From positions 21,576,001 to 21,640,000 of the forward strand of contig NC_043008.1 in the NCBI RefSeq assembly GCF_006345805.1: DNA of 64,000 bases, in the 5' to 3' direction. Numbering within the stretch: the stretch's first letter is position 1; every line of letters starts with the position of its first letter. The position numbers were made by a program, and so were the translations under genes. Below are positions 40,375-52,972 of the stretch, piece by piece. The stretch is from Octopus sinensis (Eukaryota). Below the pieces are notes generated by a model. The model was given only the letters and a program-made list of their open reading frames with translations. It had not been told where the DNA came from and ran no database searches.

Positions 40375-41365
40375 CAACGTGGAGCTCCAGAGGTACTTGA
40401 CCGTACCTTTGGAGACGTGGAAAAACTTCATCTTACAAGCAACAGCATAATACTACAAAGTGATCATACGAGCTTTTTAAGATTGGCAATATTGGCAATT
40501 CAACTCAAGACTTCATCTACATTAAATTGAACGTGATCAAATGATACATTCTCTTAGGGTTCTTATGGATAAAGTATTTCCTAATATATATGTCATTTAC
40601 ACTGATGTAAACTGGCTATGTGAAACAGCTATACTAGCTCCAACAAATGAAATGGTTGATAAACTCACTCATAAACGTCTTCAAAATTTAAAAGATACCT
40701 CAGAAAAGACTTTTCGTTCAATTGACAACAGTCGATCAAGATCAGGTTGTTCAATACCCTGTTGACTTAAATCCACTGGGATGCCACCATATAACTTGAC
40801 ACTAAACCTGGGTGCTCCCATTATGTTGCATAGGAAACTTGAACCAGCTCACCTGTGTAATGGAACTTGCTTAATTGCTACTTCCATGAAGCTCCATGTC
40901 CTACAAGCAACAATCATAACAGGTAGTCACAAAGGAGAACATGTCTTTATTCCAAAATTCCTTTCATACCTACAGATATTCCATTTGAATTTAAGACGCT
41001 TCAGTTCTAGTCAAACTAAGTTTTGGTATTTCAATTAACAAATCTCAGGGTCAGTCCCTCAAGGTAATTGGACTTCATCTCTCTAATACATACTTCTCTG
41101 ACGGCCAACGCTATGTTGTTGTCCACGAGATGGAAGCAGCAGCAATTTCTTCATTTCGATACCAACAAAAAAATTACACAATGAATATGGTTTACTCTGT
41201 GGTGCTTCATCACAGAGTTTCAGTTCGAAATTCTATTATCATTACAATTTGGATATTTTTTTAATAAAATATAAACATCTTGAAATATTTATGAAAATAT
41301 ATCTTTATTTTTATTGTTTAATAATCTAAATACATAAAACACCAGTAATCCGGACAACGCCGTTA

Positions 41366-41366
<1 letters not shown>
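40375..41366 (+). mobile_element. Helitron 3' fragment (Pif1-like helicase C-terminus and 3' end)
   Basis: WLCETAILAPTNE, MPPYNLTLNLGAPIML.RKLEP..LCNGT, FGISINKSQGQSLKVIGL; GC-rich ccggacaacgccg then ttag end. Confidence 0.88.
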
Positions 41367-41396
<30 letters not shown>

Positions 41397-41402
<6 letters not shown>

Positions 41403-41612
41403 TAATCCAAACATGAAAACACAAAGAGAAAACACAACAACGCGAGGACGTGGAACTAATATATGATTATTGGACGCTCAGGAAGGAAGGAAAGAAGGAG
41501 GGTTTTACGTTTCGAGCGGAGCTCTTCGTCAGAAACATAGGAAAAGGAAAGATCCAGAGAAGGGAAGACGGAGGAAAAAAATCGCCAACGATACACACGC
41601 GGTCACATTTTG
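41397..41612 (-). mobile_element. Short Penelope-like element with canonical hammerhead, ending at (TA)n
   Basis: Sister family of the 10440 element; different body, same ribozyme layout. Confidence 0.72.
41502..41536 (-). ncRNA. Minimal type-I hammerhead ribozyme, canonical core
   Basis: GUUU-CUGACGA-A-GAGC(UCC)GCUC-GAA-ACGU-A-AAAC. Confidence 0.75.
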
Positions 41613-41619
41613 AATCCTG

Positions 41620-41663
<44 letters not shown>

Positions 41664-41671
41664 GTGTATGC

Positions 41672-41704
<33 letters not shown>

Positions 41705-42257
41705 TGTATGTATGTATGTATGTTTGTATGTATGTATGTATGTATGTATATGACGGGCTTCTTCAGGCTCTGTCTATCAAATCCACTCATAAGTCTTTGG
41801 TCGGCCATACAGACACGCCTGCGCTTATGATACACACACACACACACACAACACACACACACACAGACACACACACACACACGGACACATACAGATTTAA
41901 AACATGGCTTTCTCGATACGAGATCAGCGACTGTGTGTCGTTCAAAGAATATACAATATTTGCGAGTAGAGATAACTTTCTCTCACGAGCTGGTGATTGT
42001 TTCACGCTGAGGACGGTCATCATCCAGAACATAGGTGTGTCAACATCACGTAAAGCTAGAGATGGGAGCGATGATCTCCCTTGCAAATGCTATATACGGA
42101 CACAGACAGTGTGTCGTTAGTCAGCTGCAAAAGATGTATTTTCCTGGGGCTAAATCAACAGTAACATAGTCCTTTACAGGACTTCCACTTTATGTTGGCT
42201 TATAAACATTACTATCCGGTACTGTTACTGTATTTCTCTCGCTCAGAGATTTATATA

Positions 42258-42465
42258 TATAAAGGGAAAGTTTACAAAAATAAACAAAAGACGAAGGCAG
42301 GTGGAGTACAAACAAACAAATATATTAGTATAGCGCTCAGGAATAGAAAAAGTCTTTTACGTTTCGTGCCTACGCTCTTCGACAGAAAGATACACAGAAA
42401 AAAAACAAGGAGAGAAACAAGGAGATAAACAAATGCGTGTAGTAGCTAACGATCTATCATGGGGT
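42258..42465 (-). mobile_element. Short hammerhead element (A6U family)
   Basis: CUUU-CUGUCGA-A-GAGC(GUAG)GCAC-GAA-ACGU-A-AAAG at 42354-42389. Confidence 0.75.
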
Positions 42466-42480
42466 CCTGACTTCTGAATT

Positions 42481-42590
42481 ATGTAGTAGAGAGATCAAGT
42501 GCAACTACCTTGAAGGACTGACCCTGAGATTTGTTAATTGAAATACCAAAACTTAGTTTGACTGGAACTGAAGCGTCTTAAATTCAAATG
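42481..42590 (-). mobile_element. Inverted ~110-bp copy of Helitron helicase sequence at ~40981-41090
   Basis: aaggactgaccctgagatttgttaattgaaataccaaaacttagtttgac is the reverse complement of the INKSQGQSL region. Confidence 0.85.
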
Positions 42591-43073
42591 ATATATATAC
42601 ATATATATGTTTACATGTATATACATACATAATGCATTCTTAAACACACAAATACGCACACGCATATAATGTCCACTTCTAGATATTCTTAAAGGAGTAC
42701 GAATAGACATATATAAGTGTACAAACACACACACACAATCACACATACACACACACACACACACACATGCACACACACACACACACACACAAACAAGTAG
42801 GAAGATGGAATGAATAGGCTTTACTCTAACTACAATTTTGTCTGTATTAATATCAGCTGGTTATTGGTGAGTGTTTCACATATGATAATACATTACGTCA
42901 TTAATATGATTCAAAAATAGCTCCGTACTTTCACGTCTTCAGGTGAGTGAGATTGAGTGCAAGAATTTTTTTGTATGAATTCTGAAGACATTAACGGATT
43001 TCCACATGTATATACAGTAAAATGAGAATTCCTGCTGTATGATGGCACATGCTAGCTGATACATGTGGAGGAG

Positions 43074-43458
43074 TGGAGGCGCAATGGCCCAGTGGTTAGG
43101 GCAGCGCACTCGCGGTCATAGGATCGCGGTTTCGATTCCCAGACCGGGCGTTGTGAGTGTTTATTGAGCGAAAACACCTAAAGCTCCACGAGGCTCCGGC
43201 AGGGGATGGTGGTGATCCCTGCTGTACTCTTTCACCACAACTTTCTCTCACTCTTACTTCCTGTTTCTGTTGTACCTGTATTTCAAGGGGCCGGCCTTGT
43301 CACTCTCTGTGTCACGCTGAATATCCCCGAGAACTACGTTAAGGGTGCACGTGTCTGTGGAGTGCTCAGCCACTTACACGTTAATTTCACGAGCAGGCTG
43401 TTCCGTTGATTCGGATCAACCGGAACCCTCGTCGTCGTAACCGACGGAGTGCTTCCAC
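43074..43458 (+). mobile_element. tRNA-derived SINE family B, full length
   Basis: A box tggcccagtgg, B box gtttcgattcc; tail ctcgtcgtcgtaaccgacggagtgc. Confidence 0.9.
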
Positions 43459-43524
43459 ATATGGAGGAGCTTTGTAAAGCACACTATAAGGTTATTACCC
43501 TGATGATTTTGCATGTAAGTATGG

Positions 43525-43797
43525 GTTTTCAGTTTTCAATAACTATGAATCTTCCACAATCTTCCACTGAGGAGGGATCCAGTTTCCAACAAAGATACAA
43601 AGCTCTATCTTTGGGATGTAGGTAACACAGACAAATTCAGATTTGGAACTTGATAAAAGTCTTGCATATATTTACTGTTCCACTCACAGATGGCATTTGT
43701 AATGTACGAATTAGCTGGTCGATTTCTCTTTCTGAAAACCCCAGATTATTCAGATTCTCCTTTAAGCATTTACTAACAAAACCTTGTGCTCCAATTA
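43525..43797 (-). mobile_element. Second RLE LINE family, 3' fragment next to (CATA)n
   Basis: Homologous to 8823-9090 (ccactgaggaggga, gtcttgcatatatttactgttcc). Confidence 0.8.
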
Positions 43798-44354
43798 TGT
43801 ATGTGTGTATGTATGTATGTATATATATGTATGTATGTATGTATTTATGTATGTCTATGTATGTTTATGTATGTCCGTATATGCATATGAATATATATAT
43901 GTGTGTATGTATATGTATATATATATATATGGATATATATTGTTGTGTGTTTGTATGTGTGTGTTCTTATTGTTCTAGCTGAATTATTAACATATTTAAT
44001 TTACAATATCGTATTTAATTTGCAATAACATTTAATTTGCAACGTGTAAGCAAGCTTTTATTAACAGACTTATAATGTATCCACACATTTCATTATATAA
44101 TATATTCATTGCAAACGGCGTCGATAAACATTCAAATCGAACCTCATATGAATAAATACTTTTAATATGTGCTATTTATTGCAAAATACACCAATTAATG
44201 AATACAAATATCAGAAATTAAACAAGGGAATTATATCTGAAAATAACTAAAGGCTCACATTTCTAAATATCGAACAGCAATATTGCTGTTGATCTTCTCG
44301 GAATTTTTAATATAAAAATGTGCTTCTGTGCCAAAGAGTCCCTTAATATATTAA

Positions 44355-44612
44355 AACTGAGGTCGACTTAGGCTTCCATCGTTTCGGGGTCGATAAATTA
44401 AATACCATTTGCGTACAGGATTCGATCTAATCGGCTGGCCTCCTTTCGGGCCTTGTACCTTGAATAGAAAAGAATATATCAAAACTGAAATAAGGGGGCT
44501 AGTTGGTAGCATCATTAGCACACTGGCATTTTGTCAGTCTTTACGATCTGAGTTCAAATTATGCCCAGATCGAGTTTGTCTTTCATCCTTTGGACTTCAA
44601 TAGAATAAGTAG
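44355..44612 (+). mobile_element. Two degenerate SINE family D pieces
   Basis: gaggtcgactt...tttcggggtcgataaatt and ctgagttcaaatt...tttcatccttt. Confidence 0.6.
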
Positions 44613-44816
44613 CTTTTGAGAACTTATTTTTACAGTTCCAGTGATGGATTGGATCTGTAATCTTCGAATTAGCTTTCTCCTTTCTGATTGGTATTTAGGA
44701 AGTGTGTTACATATCCCAAAGGCCGCAATAATTACAGGTATAAACCTGAACTTGTACTCTGGATAGTGCAACTGCAGATGGCTCAATAACTCAGCATAGG
44801 TGTTCTCTTTTTCACC
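44613..44816 (-). mobile_element. Second RLE LINE family, fragment next to (CATA)n
   Basis: GEKENTYAELLSHLQLHYPEYKFRFIPVIIAA...LIRRLQIQSITGTVKI. Confidence 0.82.
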
Positions 44817-45967
44817 TATGTATGTATGTATGTATGTATGTATGTATGTATGTATGTATGTATGTATGTATGTATGTATGCATGTATGTATGTATGTATG
44901 TATGTATGTATGTATGTATGTATGTATGTACGAATGTATGTATGTGTATGTATATCTGTATATGCATACGAATGTATATATATATGTGTGTATGTATATG
45001 TATACATACACCTCCGCCGAAATCGCTGGCCTTGTCCCAAAATTTGAAATCAATACATTAAACCGAAATAGGGCGGCGACTTCAATCCTTTCACCATCGT
45101 CCAGAGAACATGACAAGAAAAGAAACTATAACTCTGAGACTAAGATTATCAAGGAGTTGTCTGAGTAACTCATACGGAACATGTAGAAGAAATAGAACAG
45201 ATAAATTCTGTGTATTTTTTTATTGAAATCTTCCACTGTCCGCTACTTGTCACGACAGTGATCATTCATTTTTTTCTTGTCATTTTTTGTCCTTTATTAT
45301 CATGATTGTTGACATACGGCAAAATATTTGCTAGCGAGGGCTACAGCTGCCTGTATTCTCCATAGTGTCTGACCGATATTGATTATATTTCATTCACGAA
45401 GATACATAGATGAGAACAGTTAGTCCATGTGAACAATGCAAGTATTCGTACTAAGAACATACTAAGAACATACAAGATCTAGTTTATAATGCTACCGTCC
45501 GTCCAGCATAACTCAATTCCGACTTTATAATTAAGGAGCTCGTAGTTTATCCCCCGGAGCTAACATTTCAATTTGCAGTTTTTTTTATTGATACTTCATC
45601 AGAATAGCTGACGTGGTGCCAATAGAAAATTAATGACGTTCCTATTTAAACTATCGCCTTTATTTAACTGTCAGGCAATCTAGAGCTGAAGGCTGGAGCG
45701 AGAATATAAGAAATCAACCGAAAACCTTTTGCTCTGCTCAACAGTAAATCAAGCTTGCTTTTCTTTGTACAACATGACGTTCTCAGCCAACAGCTATACG
45801 TTCTTACATGGATACATACATTCATGCATAGATTTACTTACATTCATACACACATACATAAATACATACATACATGCAAACATACATAGATACATGCATA
45901 CATGTACCATACGTGTTCATAGAATGTGCTAGTGAAGACTTCAATATAATGTAAGTACAACAAACCT

Positions 45968-46489
45968 GATGTGGAAATTAGCGGCACAGCGGATGATAAC
46001 ATAGAGCAGAAGATCCGTGAAAAACAGAACACCTATGCTGAACTATTGAGACATCTGTAGTTACTCTATCCAGAGTACAAGTTCAGGTTTATACCTGTAT
46101 TTATTGCGGCCTTGGGATATGTAGCATACTGCCTAAATACCAATCTTGAGAAATTAGGTTTCTCAAAACCAGAAAGAAGAAAACTAATTCGAAGATACAG
46201 TTCCAATCCATCACTGGAACTGTAAAAATCTGTAAAACTTGCCAAAACTTTATCATTTAAAAATATATATTTATGTCTAGATATGCAACTATGATAGGCA
46301 TGAGAATACATACATAAAACATACAAATCTGCACATACATACATACATACATATATACATACATAGATACATATATACAAAAATACCCTATTGCTGATGT
46401 TGCAATTCCAATGAAGGAACCTTGGATCTAGCATAGAAGCCAGTTCTTTCTCTATTGGGTAGAAATCTTGAATTAAATTGAATAATGAC
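45968..46489 (+). mobile_element. Second RLE LINE family, 3' fragment with UTR and (CATA)n tail
   Basis: VEIS..ADDNIEQKIREKQNTYAELL...YPEYKFRFIPV...NLEKLGFSK...SITGTVKICK; followed by (CATA)n to ~46560. Confidence 0.82.
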
Positions 46490-46605
46490 ACATACATACA
46501 TACATACATACATACATACATACATACATACATACATACATACATACATACATACATACGCATCTCCGGTTTTTATATCCAGGTTATAAACTCACATTTG
46601 TATGA

Positions 46606-46770
46606 ATAATAATTGATGCATTTGGTTTTGTGAGTAAATGCCTAAGTGACAATCTGGATGAGCTAGGGCTTTCAGAAAAAGTTAAAAACAACCAGCTAAC
46701 TCACACATTATAAATACAATCTCTAAGTGGAACAGAAAACTATGCAAGTTTAAAATTTGACATGGTATTT
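46606..46770 (+). mobile_element. Second RLE LINE family, old fragment
   Basis: IIIDAFGFVSKCLSDNLDELGLSEK...IQSLSGT. Confidence 0.6.
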
Positions 46771-46861
46771 GCTAGCTACGTTCTAACGATGGCTCTTGTG
46801 TATTTGTTAGAAACCAGCTCGTCTTGGAGGGAAGAATTCAAGTAATTAAAGACAGAAGAGA

Positions 46862-46935
46862 AACCGCGATACTATGACCGTGATACTATGACCGCGATAC
46901 CGCTGCCCTAGTCACTGGGCCATTGCACCTCCACA
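46862..46935 (-). mobile_element. SINE family B head only, with internal 14-bp duplication
   Basis: Minus strand gtggaggtgcaatggcccagtgactagggcagcgg then tandem cggtcatagtatc. Confidence 0.65.
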
Positions 46936-47284
46936 GTACTACACATATAAACACACACACACACGCACACACACGCACACACACACACACACACACAAGG
47001 GATACTCACATATATCTAGGCACAACAGAGAAATCTCAGAGTTACTGTCATAGGAACATGGTATTCATGGATCACACAAACAAAGATCTCAGAGTTTGAG
47101 GAATGACTATCAACATTTTTTACTAAAAGAGTAAGTCCAACAAAAGACGATTTGTTTTGTCTAAGGATATGTTAGGGATTATTTAATGAGACAAAGGGGT
47201 GGGGCTCCATTGCCAAAATTGTAAATAATGGCCACAGCTTGGATGGTTGTGGTAATGGGGTAAAGGAGAGGTGCATTGGATAAT

Positions 47285-47900
47285 GGTTTCAAATTTTAGC
47301 ACAAACCCAGCAACTTCGGGAGAGGGAACAAATCGATGATATTGACACTAGTGCTCAACTGGTACTTATTTAATCGACCCCAAAACGATGAAGTGTAAAA
47401 TCAACCTCGGCGAAATTTTAACTCAATACGTAAACACGGACAAAATGTCACTGCATATTTTTCCCGGCCTGCCAACGTTTCTTATTTATTTACTGCCCAC
47501 AAGGGGCTACACAGAGAAGGGATAAACAAGGACAGACAAACGGATTAAGTCGATTATCTCGACCCCAGTGCATAACTGGTACTTATTCAATCGAGCCCGA
47601 AAGAATGAAAGGCAAAGTCGACCTCGGCGGAATTTGAACTCAGAACGTAGCGGCAGACGAGATACCTATTTCTTTACTACCCACAAGGGGCTAAACACAG
47701 AGGAGACAAACAAGGACAGACAGACGGATTAAGTCGATTACATCAACCCTAGTGCATAACTGGTACTTATTTAATCGACCCTGAAAGGATGAAAGGCAAA
47801 GTCGACCTCGGCAGAATTTGAACTCAGAACGTAGCGGCAGACGAGATACTACTAAGCATTTCACCCGGCGTGCTAACGTTTCTGCCAGCTCGCCGCCTTA
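47285..47900 (-). mobile_element. SINE family D: head plus two ~184-bp body units, adjacent to an older copy
   Basis: cccacaagggg at 47496 and 47680; head ends gccagctcgccgcctt at ~47900. Confidence 0.85.
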
Positions 47901-48189
47901 AAGGTGCATGAAATATTGGCGTAGAGGAATGGCTAGAACAGCGGTGATCTTGATGATGTTGTTCTTGGTGGTGACCATGATGGAAAAAATGGCGGAGGTG
48001 ATGATTATGAAGATGAAGACAGAAGCGATGGGGTTGAGAATGTTGGTGAATAGTGATGGCCACGGTGTTGGTGATGGAGGTTAGAATGATAAACTACACG
48101 ATAATGATGAAGATGATAAAGCGGCTGGACATGCTGTTGGTGACCATAAGGATACGGAGATGTTGACGAAGATGCTAGTGAAAGAGGGG

Positions 48190-48191
48190 AG

Positions 48192-48229
<38 letters not shown>

Positions 48230-48378
48230 TTGAAGAAGACGCTGAGGATGTGGAGGAGGTGGTGGAGGAGAAGAAACATTTGGATGATGATGATGATGTT
48301 GAAGAAGAGGCTGAGGATATGGAGGAGGTGGTGGAGGAGAAGAAACATTTGGATGATGATGATGATGATGATGATGAA

Positions 48379-48415
<37 letters not shown>

Positions 48416-48600
48416 TTGAAGAAGAGGCTGAGGATGTGGAGGAGGTGGTGGAGGAGAAGAAACATTTGGATGATGATGATGATGATGAAGATGATGATGA
48501 TGATGAAGATGATGATGTTGATGATGATGATGATGATGAAGATGATGATGAAGATGATGAAGATGATGATGATGATGATGAAGATGATGATGATGATGAA

Positions 48601-48633
<33 letters not shown>

Positions 48634-48645
48634 GATGATGATGAA

Positions 48646-48678
<33 letters not shown>

Positions 48679-48681
48679 GAC

Positions 48682-48721
<40 letters not shown>

Positions 48722-48790
48722 TTAATGATCGTGATGATTGCAACGATGATGACGACGGCAACCATGACGGAGATGATGGCGATGGAAACA
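48190..48790. repeat. (GAT)n field containing three copies of a 54-bp unit
   Basis: gttgaagaagaggctgaggatgtggaggaggtggtggaggagaagaaacatttg at 48229, 48298 and 48415. Confidence 0.92.
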
Positions 48791-48977
48791 CATGATGACA
48801 GTAGTGGTGGTGGTGGTGATGGTAGTGGTGGCGGCACTGTGCTGGTCTTTGGTCAAACGATAGATATGTAAATAAGGGTCATTAGGTTAATCACCACAGG
48901 GTAACTCGAAGCAGACGAGCTCAAAGTTTCACACATATTTACATAAATACATGCAAATACTTCCACGCACACACACA

Positions 48978-49008
<31 letters not shown>

Positions 49009-49114
49009 TTAACACGCACATGCACGCACACACACACGTACATACACTAATCTTCAAATGTAGTTAAGAAAAATCGATTATATATATATAAACATTATCT
49101 ACATATATATTACG

Positions 49115-49158
<44 letters not shown>

Positions 49159-49511
49159 AACATTATATATGTGCATGTATATATACACATAAAAACACAT
49201 CAACCCCCTAACACTAATGGTGGTGGTAGTGGGGTTGATGGTGGTGGTGATGGTGACGACGATGGTGCGGTGGTAACATACCACACTGTTTTATAAGTAT
49301 ACGAATACACAGATGTATGTTATATGTAGAATCACACTCGTTGGTAGGCTTGTGATTGAGCAACTTACACACACACATACACAACCACACACACGCGAAC
49401 ACACACTCATACACAAATACATGCACACACCCACACATATATAATATTCTGATCCATGTGTAAACAAGTACTTCCTTGCGACAGTGTAAACCTTCATTCA
49501 ATCATGATACT

Positions 49512-49853
49512 TATTTCTTTATTACCCACAAGGGGCTAAACACAGAGGGGACAAACAAGAACAGACATAGGTATTAAGTCGATTACATCGACCCCGGTGC
49601 GTAACTGGTACTTAATTTATCGACCCCGAAAGGATGAAAGGCAAAGTCGACCTCGGCGGAATTTTAACTCACAACGTAACGCAGACGAAATACCGCTAAG
49701 CATTTCGCCCGACGTGCTAACGTTTCTGCCAGCTCGCCGCCTTTCTGCCAGCTCGCCGCCTTTCTGCCAGCTCGCCGCCTTTCTGCCAGCTCGCCGCCTT
49801 TCTGCCAGCTCGCCGCCTTTCTGCCAGCTCGCCGCCTTCTGCCAGCTCGCCGC
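49512..49853 (-). mobile_element. SINE family D whose 5'-terminal 19 nt is repeated 7 times
   Basis: tttctgccagctcgccgcc x7 at 49723-49853. Confidence 0.9.
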
Positions 49854-49868
49854 ATTCAATCATGATAC

Positions 49869-49960
49869 CCTCGGCCTGACGAGTAGCCTGCGGTAAACAT
49901 CCCGCTTGGACATTTACCACTTCCGAGGTTCCTCTCGCTATGAATCACGTGTAGCTCGGA
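49869..49960 (+). ncRNA. Degenerate type-I hammerhead with branched helix II
   Basis: CUGACGA 49876-49882; helix II GUAGC/GCUAU; GAA-UCACGUGU-A, one change from palindrome ACACGUGU; partial helix I. Confidence 0.45.
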
Positions 49961-50078
49961 TCTTGTCTACTCCATTCCTTAACTCTTATATATGAAATTA
50001 TATATACATGTCTGTGTGAGAGTGTGTGTGAATCTGTATATATATATACATGATTGAATGCCACGCATCCTCTTCCAA

Positions 50079-50313
50079 GTAAGTTTTATCTTAATAATTC
50101 TGTTGCGCTACTCTATACGACCTTTTTACTCTTTCGTTTTTCTCTCCTCCTGTCTCTTATTCTTTTACCTCCTGTTCTCACATTATTCTATCCTATTACT
50201 CTGTGACTCTCTCTCCCTCCATCCTCCTCCCTTGCTCATGTGGCTGCCACGTGACCACCGGCCATCTTTCTTTCTTCTCCTAATTGGAGTTTCTTTCTTT
50301 CTCCCCGTTGCAG
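50079..50313 (+). other. Candidate GT-AG intron
   Basis: CAA|GTAAGT donor, CTAAT branch-like motif ~30 nt upstream of tttctttctttctccccgttgCAG acceptor; no transcript evidence. Confidence 0.3.
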
Positions 50314-50679
50314 CTGAAACAAGGAAGTTGCGTTCTTGTCTGTCTCTTGTCCAAGCTTGATTTACGCGTTCGCCACCACAATCCCATTTAGGCTTAGTTG
50401 CCCTTCCTGTTTGTTTTCACTATCCTGTTTGTGTTACCAATTTTGACTCTTCGCAAAATCCCAAATTTTATTCAATTTGCTTTACGGAAACAACTGTTTT
50501 ATCGAAAGCGTATATTGTTGTCAAACAGCCAACAATTGATGAAGGGTCATTTTTTTATATTGTTGTCTTGTTTTCCATTTCTGTCTTTCGTTATTCGAAA
50601 AAAATAGTTCATTTTACATGTACTCGTACTTCGTATTTTTTGTTGTACACGTTTCATGACGTCCTGTGCCCACACATGC

Positions 50680-50742
<63 letters not shown>

Positions 50743-51706
50743 CAAAGTGGAGTTGTGGGGTACCGTACGAGTGGAATTATATACGAAAGAAGGTTTGAAA
50801 ATGCAATTTAAAATATGTTTATTTACTTTACCGGTTTCATCTTTGGAAAAACATTGTCAAAAGTAACCATGTGGAAGTTTGGTTGCATTAATCATTGGTT
50901 GTTGCAAATTGCTACATTACATATATACAGTCTTTGGTAACAGAGACATGTTAAGGACATAAAAAAGTTCAACAAGTTCCTTAAAATATTGGGCACAAAA
51001 GATTACATAAATAATCGTTCTCAAGGACATACTTAAGATAATTTCCAGAAGGAATTGATATTGGTATTGTATCTGTATATTCAAACATGCACAGAATATT
51101 GGTTGACACAGAGTACTATATAGAGTACTATATATATATATACATATTTCTCTCTCTATATATATATATACATTTATACATGCGTATGTAGTTGTGGGTG
51201 TAAGAATTTTTGTGGCTTAGATATGAGAAGATGGTATATCAGCCACAGATTTCGCCCTGGGCAGAAAGGATAGTATCAGGAACGGATATGATTAGCCTCA
51301 GACATGTGACCCAGTTTTAAAACTGACTTCTGAGGAGACACAGAAACTACGGGCCATATTGAGGCGTTAAACTGCAGGATAGATATTGGCTACAGTCGAA
51401 TAACAGAAATAGGCCTTCGGGTAGGCATCCGCACTGATTCTATCGACTGAAATTCCGTTTACAAGGATTCGATGGGCCTGAGACAACGCTTGAGAATAGT
51501 TGCCCAAAATGGCACACATGTGACACACGCATGCGCACAGATAATCGGAATAGAGTCCGAACATATGTGAACATTTGTATGTGAGAATGTGTGAAAAATA
51601 GAGAAAGATGGAGAGAGAGAGAAAGTGAGACAGAAAGAGAGTGAGAAAGAGAGTGAGAAAGAGTGAGATAGAACAAGGGAGAGAGGGGGAGACAAAGAAA
51701 ATGAGA

Positions 51707-51870
<164 letters not shown>

Positions 51871-52259
51871 ACGGAAGAAGAGAGAGGGAGAGAGAAAGTG
51901 ACAGAGAGATAGAGATAGAGAAAGAGACAGTGAACAATATAAAATGAGGAACAGAAAAATGTGTGCATATATGTCACGTAAAATGCATGTATGTGTATAT
52001 ATATATATATATATATACGTGTCTGTCAGATTGTGTTTGTGCTTACATGTGTGTGCGTATGCGTGTGTGCGTGCGTGCGTTGTATACTCCACATGTCCCA
52101 TAAGACAAGCAGCGTTCAGTGGCGCCACGCTGGTGAGACACCTGGCTTGTGTCTATAAACAAATGCTGCACAGAGTATACAATTAGAACCAACAAAAGGA
52201 AAGGTGAGAACAGGAAAAAAAGACATGGAGGATAATGCGAGGGAACGAGTATGGAGGGG

Positions 52260-52760
52260 AGCGCGCATGCACATATATGTGTGTGTGTGTCTGCACATAT
52301 ACATGCACACTCATATATATATATATGTGTGTGTGTATGTATGTATACATCTATATATATATATATGTGTGTGTGTGTATGTATGTATACATATATATGT
52401 ATATATATATATATATATACTTTTGTGTGTGTGTCTCGATATATATACGTCTGTATATATGTATATACACACATATACGTAAAAGGGTATATATATATGT
52501 ATATATATATATATACTTTTGTGTGTGTGTGTCTCGATATATATACGTCTGTATATATGTATATACGCACATATACGTATACGTGTATATATATATATGT
52601 ATATATATATTATATATATTATATATATGTATATATATATTATATATATTATATATATGTATATATTCATACATACATATATGCATACATGCATACACAC
52701 ATGTATATACGTGTACACATGTTTGCCTATAAACATGTTTGCATATGTGTGTATGTATAT
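52260..52760. repeat. Degenerate (TA)/(TG) field with a ~97-bp internal duplication
   Basis: tacttttgtgtgtgtgtctcgatatatatacgtctg occurs twice. Confidence 0.85.
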
Positions 52761-52938
52761 GTATTTGTATGTGTAAGAGCTAAAGAACGAAGACATAGGA
52801 GACGACAATGAAGGTCTATCTGCGTGTGTATGCGCGTGTTTAGGTGCGTGTGCGGTTGTGTGTCACTATGTGTGTTAAAGTGCGTAGATTGACATTGTGT
52901 AACGGCTTGAATGTTTGGGATTAAGATTAATGTATGGA

Positions 52939-52972
<34 letters not shown>

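Noticed and set aside
45560-45610. Minus-strand CUGAUGA...GAAA hammerhead
   Set aside because: Helix II and helix I/III pairing are inadequate; likely chance
49723-49853. CRISPR-like array
   Set aside because: Repeats are contiguous with no spacers, derive from a SINE end, and the context is eukaryotic
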